Origin: Planctomycetota bacterium
GTDB lineage: Bacteria > Planctomycetota > UBA8108 > UBA1146
DNA length: 40,021 bases
Reading direction: 5' to 3'
NCBI GenBank assembly: GCA_036338595.1
Contig: JAYZBV010000075.1
Span: 1-40,021 of the forward strand
The notes beneath the pieces are model-generated. The model was given only the letters and a program-made list of their open reading frames with translations. It was not told the DNA's origin and did no database searches. Shown piece after piece: positions 35,971 to 40,021 of this stretch. The number at the start of each line of letters is the position of its first letter. The first letter of the stretch is position 1. Both the position numbers and the translations under genes were made by a program.

Positions 35971-37139
35971 GGGTTCCAGCTCCTGACTCGTTCGCGGGTG
36001 ACATGATCCGCTTCGATGACTTGTTCGAGACTCTCTACCGGACGTGGTTGGTGCTCTGCGAGCGCCCTCTCCACGAGTTCGTAGATCTGCAGGAATCCTA
36101 CACTACCGGATAGGAATGCTGCGACCGCTTCCTCGTCCGCAGCGTTGAGAACTGCCCCCAGGGTGGTTCCCGGGTTGTCCAGGACCACCTTTCCGATCTC
36201 CATCGCCGGAAATGCACTGCCATCGATCGCCTCGAAACTCAACGCTCCGTGGCCGATCAGGTCGAGAGGCCGGAATCTCCCTGGCGCTCGCTGGCCCCTG
36301 TGCAGGGCGTCTCGGATCGGCACCTTCATGTCAGGCTCGCCCATGTGTGCGAGGCTACTGCCATCCTGGAACTCGACGATGGCGTGGACAATCGACTGCG
36401 GATGGATCACCACCTCGATGCCCCCTCGAGGCATCCCGAACAACTCCTGAGCTTCCACCACTTCGAGGAGTTTATTGAACAACGTGGCGCTGTCGATGCT
36501 GATTCGTGGACCCATCTTCCAGGTAGGATGTCGCAGAGCTTCTTCTGGTGTGACTGTTGCCAGCTGGTCACGCGTCATTCCTCGAAAGGGCCCGCCGGAT
36601 GCGGTCAGGATGATTCGCTGGATCGAATCTCTACTGGAACCCGATGTGCATTGACCGATGGCACCATGTTCCGAATCCACGGGGATGATACGAGCGCCGG
36701 ATTTCTCCGCCGCTCGCCGGAGCAGTACGCCGGCCGTGACCAGCGATTCCTTGTTGGCCAGTGCCAGATCAATTCCCGCTTCGAGGGTGGCGAGGCTGGC
36801 GCGCAGTCCCGCAGCACCGGTGATCCCGTTGAGTACCAGGTCGAGGTTCAACTCTGCGATCGATTTCACCTGCGAGTCCTCGCCTGTCATGACACTGATC
36901 TCATCGGACCCTGCGTCTTCGAGCAGGTGCGCTTCATCTGGATCGATCACGACGATACGTTCAGGTCCAAACTCGCTCGCCTGTTCAAGGATGGGAGCGA
37001 CCCTGCGCCCGGAGGTCAGTAGCACCGGGACCAGCACGCCACCGGACTCTGCTATTACCTCGAGAGCCTGGGTGCCTATCGATCCAGTGCTGCCGAGTAT
37101 CGCAATCCGGCGCCGGGGTGTACTGGAGTCGCTGAACAT
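35967..37139 (-). CDS. dxr: 1-deoxy-D-xylulose-5-phosphate reductoisomerase
   Basis: LGSTGSIG, LANKESLV, PVDSEH, LTASGGPFR, HPTWKMG.RISIDSATLFNK, HPQSIVH and NAADE. Confidence 0.98.
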   Translation of the reverse strand: MFSDSSTPRRRIAILGSTGSIGTQALEVIAESGGVLVPVLLTSGRRVAPILEQASEFGPERIVVIDPDEAHLLEDAGSDEISVMTGEDSQVKSIAELNLDLVLNGITGAAGLRASLATLEAGIDLALANKESLVTAGVLLRRAAEKSGARIIPVDSEHGAIGQCTSGSSRDSIQRIILTASGGPFRGMTRDQLATVTPEEALRHPTWKMGPRISIDSATLFNKLLEVVEAQELFGMPRGGIEVVIHPQSIVHAIVEFQDGSSLAHMGEPDMKVPIRDALHRGQRAPGRFRPLDLIGHGALSFEAIDGSAFPAMEIGKVVLDNPGTTLGAVLNAADEEAVAAFLSGSVGFLQIYELVERALAEHQPRPVESLEQVIEADHVTRERVRSWNP

Positions 37140-37337
37140 CTACGACCGTCTCCTCTCAGTAGACAGGGTAACGGAAGTCCGTGGTCGTGGGCATGGAAGA
37201 TCCAACACGGCCCTTCTCGGGCGCGAGCCGATCGAGTCTGGCCATCTCTGTGAGTGCCATTCTCCGTGGACCATCCTGGAGCCCCTCTCTTGATGGTGCT
37301 GTGTCGCTCGGTTAGGCAAGGGGGAGAGGAGGAGCCC

Positions 37338-38165
37338 CTGCTTCGAGAACTGTTTCGCATCCCGACCCCCTTCGGAGACTTCCCCGTATTTGGATACGGA
37401 GCGATGGTGCTGCTCGGAGTCCTGTCGGGCCTGTGGATTCTTCGTCTTGGTGCCCGACGCCGCAAACTGGACCCGGATTCCCTTTCCGATCTGACCGTGG
37501 TGCTGGTCTTGTTCGGAATCATCGGTGGAAGAGCCTGGTACCTGATTCAATTCCGGGAGCAGGTCTATGCCAGTGGCGATTGGCTGGAAACGTTTCGTCT
37601 GTGGCGAGGTGGGCTGGTTCTCTATGGAGCCATCGGAGGAGGACTGCTCGGCTTCGCGCTGATGCAACGGTGGCGAAATTACGGGCCCTGGCGTGACTTG
37701 CTCGACCTCATCGCGCCTGCGCTGGCGATCGGCATCGCCTTCGGGCGACTCGGTTGTTTCCTCAACGGCTGTTGCTGGGGTGCTGTTTGCCCCGAGGATT
37801 GGCCGCTGGCGGCTGTTTTCCCCCCTGGCAGCCCTCCTTCCTTCGGCCACGGCGATGGCAGTCTGCCCAGTCCGACGCTACATCCAACACAGATCTATTC
37901 CTCTCTGATGGGGGCGGCCCTCGCCTTCTTGCTGTGGCAAGCTGGATCGAGGCTGGCGGCGCGGCCGGGGCGTACTTTCAGCGTCTTTCTGTGCCTGTAT
38001 GCCGTCGGAAGGGCCCTCATCGAGACGATTCGGTCCGATCACGGTACGGCCCCGGGAGAATGGACGGTGGCCCAGATGGCCTCTATTCCGGCACTGCTAC
38101 TGGGGGCCTGGTTATGGCACTCGGCCCCGGATCGGAAGGCCGCCTCAGCGCCCACCTCAGGGTGA
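37338..38165 (+). CDS. lgt: Prolipoprotein diacylglyceryl transferase Lgt (start uncertain: CTG 37338 or ATG 37293)
   Basis: GYGAM, IIGGRAWY, LWRGGLVLYGAIGGG, GRLGCFLNGCCWG, HPTQIY and RALIETIRSD. Confidence 0.92.
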   Translation: MLRELFRIPTPFGDFPVFGYGAMVLLGVLSGLWILRLGARRRKLDPDSLSDLTVVLVLFGIIGGRAWYLIQFREQVYASGDWLETFRLWRGGLVLYGAIGGGLLGFALMQRWRNYGPWRDLLDLIAPALAIGIAFGRLGCFLNGCCWGAVCPEDWPLAAVFPPGSPPSFGHGDGSLPSPTLHPTQIYSSLMGAALAFLLWQAGSRLAARPGRTFSVFLCLYAVGRALIETIRSDHGTAPGEWTVAQMASIPALLLGAWLWHSAPDRKAASAPTSG

Positions 38166-38231
38166 GCCTCCAATTGATCCAACTCCCCAATTGCAGCGGA
38201 GTTGTATTTGATAGAAAATGACAATTCGCTG

Positions 38232-38259
38232 TTGATGTTACCGATCCGATCTGTAGGAT
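38232..38259 (+). promoter_or_regulatory. Probable rRNA promoter
   Basis: TTGATG (38232-38237), 16 nt, TAGGAT (38254-38259), CCCGG discriminator; AT-rich tract upstream (UP-element-like). Confidence 0.55.
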
Positions 38260-38402
38260 CCCGGTCTGCTCGTGGTTCGCCCTTCGGGACACTCCCAGGC
38301 AACTCCAGACCAGACCGGAGCGAGATCTTCTCGACCGGCGCATGGATTTTTGTTGTTTGATGGGTCGCTTGAGGACGCTCGTCCCGTAACGAACTTCGAG
38401 AT

Positions 38403-38414
38403 TGCTCTTTGAAA
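38403..38414 (+). promoter_or_regulatory. rrn antitermination boxA
   Basis: TGCTCTTTGAAA in the 16S leader, close to the consensus TGCTCTTTAACA. Confidence 0.65.
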
Positions 38415-38602
38415 TTTCGGGCCCGTGACGCGAAGAAGGTCGCATGCCATGCCTCCCCGGGTGTGGTGTGCAACTGACCTGAACGCGAGTTCAGTGAATT
38501 GACAAATAGTGTAATTAACTAGTGACGCGACACGCCGGCTGGGTGTCCTTTGTTCTCGCCTTAGTGCGGGGGCACTGGATGAACTGTCGGTATGCCAGAA
38601 TA

Positions 38603-40021
<1,419 letters not shown>

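Overview
A GC-rich bacterial chromosome segment, most likely from a divergent Planctomycetota lineage: the 16S gene at the right edge matches the Pla46F signature exactly, and two genes resemble planctomycete-type families. Most of the window is housekeeping: tsaE, lpxH, miaA, lysS, thiL, a CPA1 antiporter, a DAP-type aminotransferase, a ParA, HU/IHF, a DegT aminotransferase, a CAT-anticodon tRNA, recA, a dxr-rseP-ubiA-purD operon, lgt and a partial 16S rRNA. I see no CRISPR array, transposase, integrase or prophage gene. The best candidates for something undescribed are five. (1) A coupled four-gene unit: a 1166-aa GspK/PilX-type pseudopilin with a LamG-like domain, two secreted paralogues and a small acidic protein. 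(2) A Rad50/SbcC-type ATPase with a transmembrane hairpin in place of the zinc hook, coupled to lpxH. (3) A parA / histone-H1-tailed small protein / HU cluster. (4) A lysS leader able to form two exclusive folds, one hiding the ribosome-binding site. (5) A 20-bp duplication of the tRNA 3' end in front of a binding-protein/hybrid-kinase pair. All calls come from reading motifs by eye; no database search or folding program was run.
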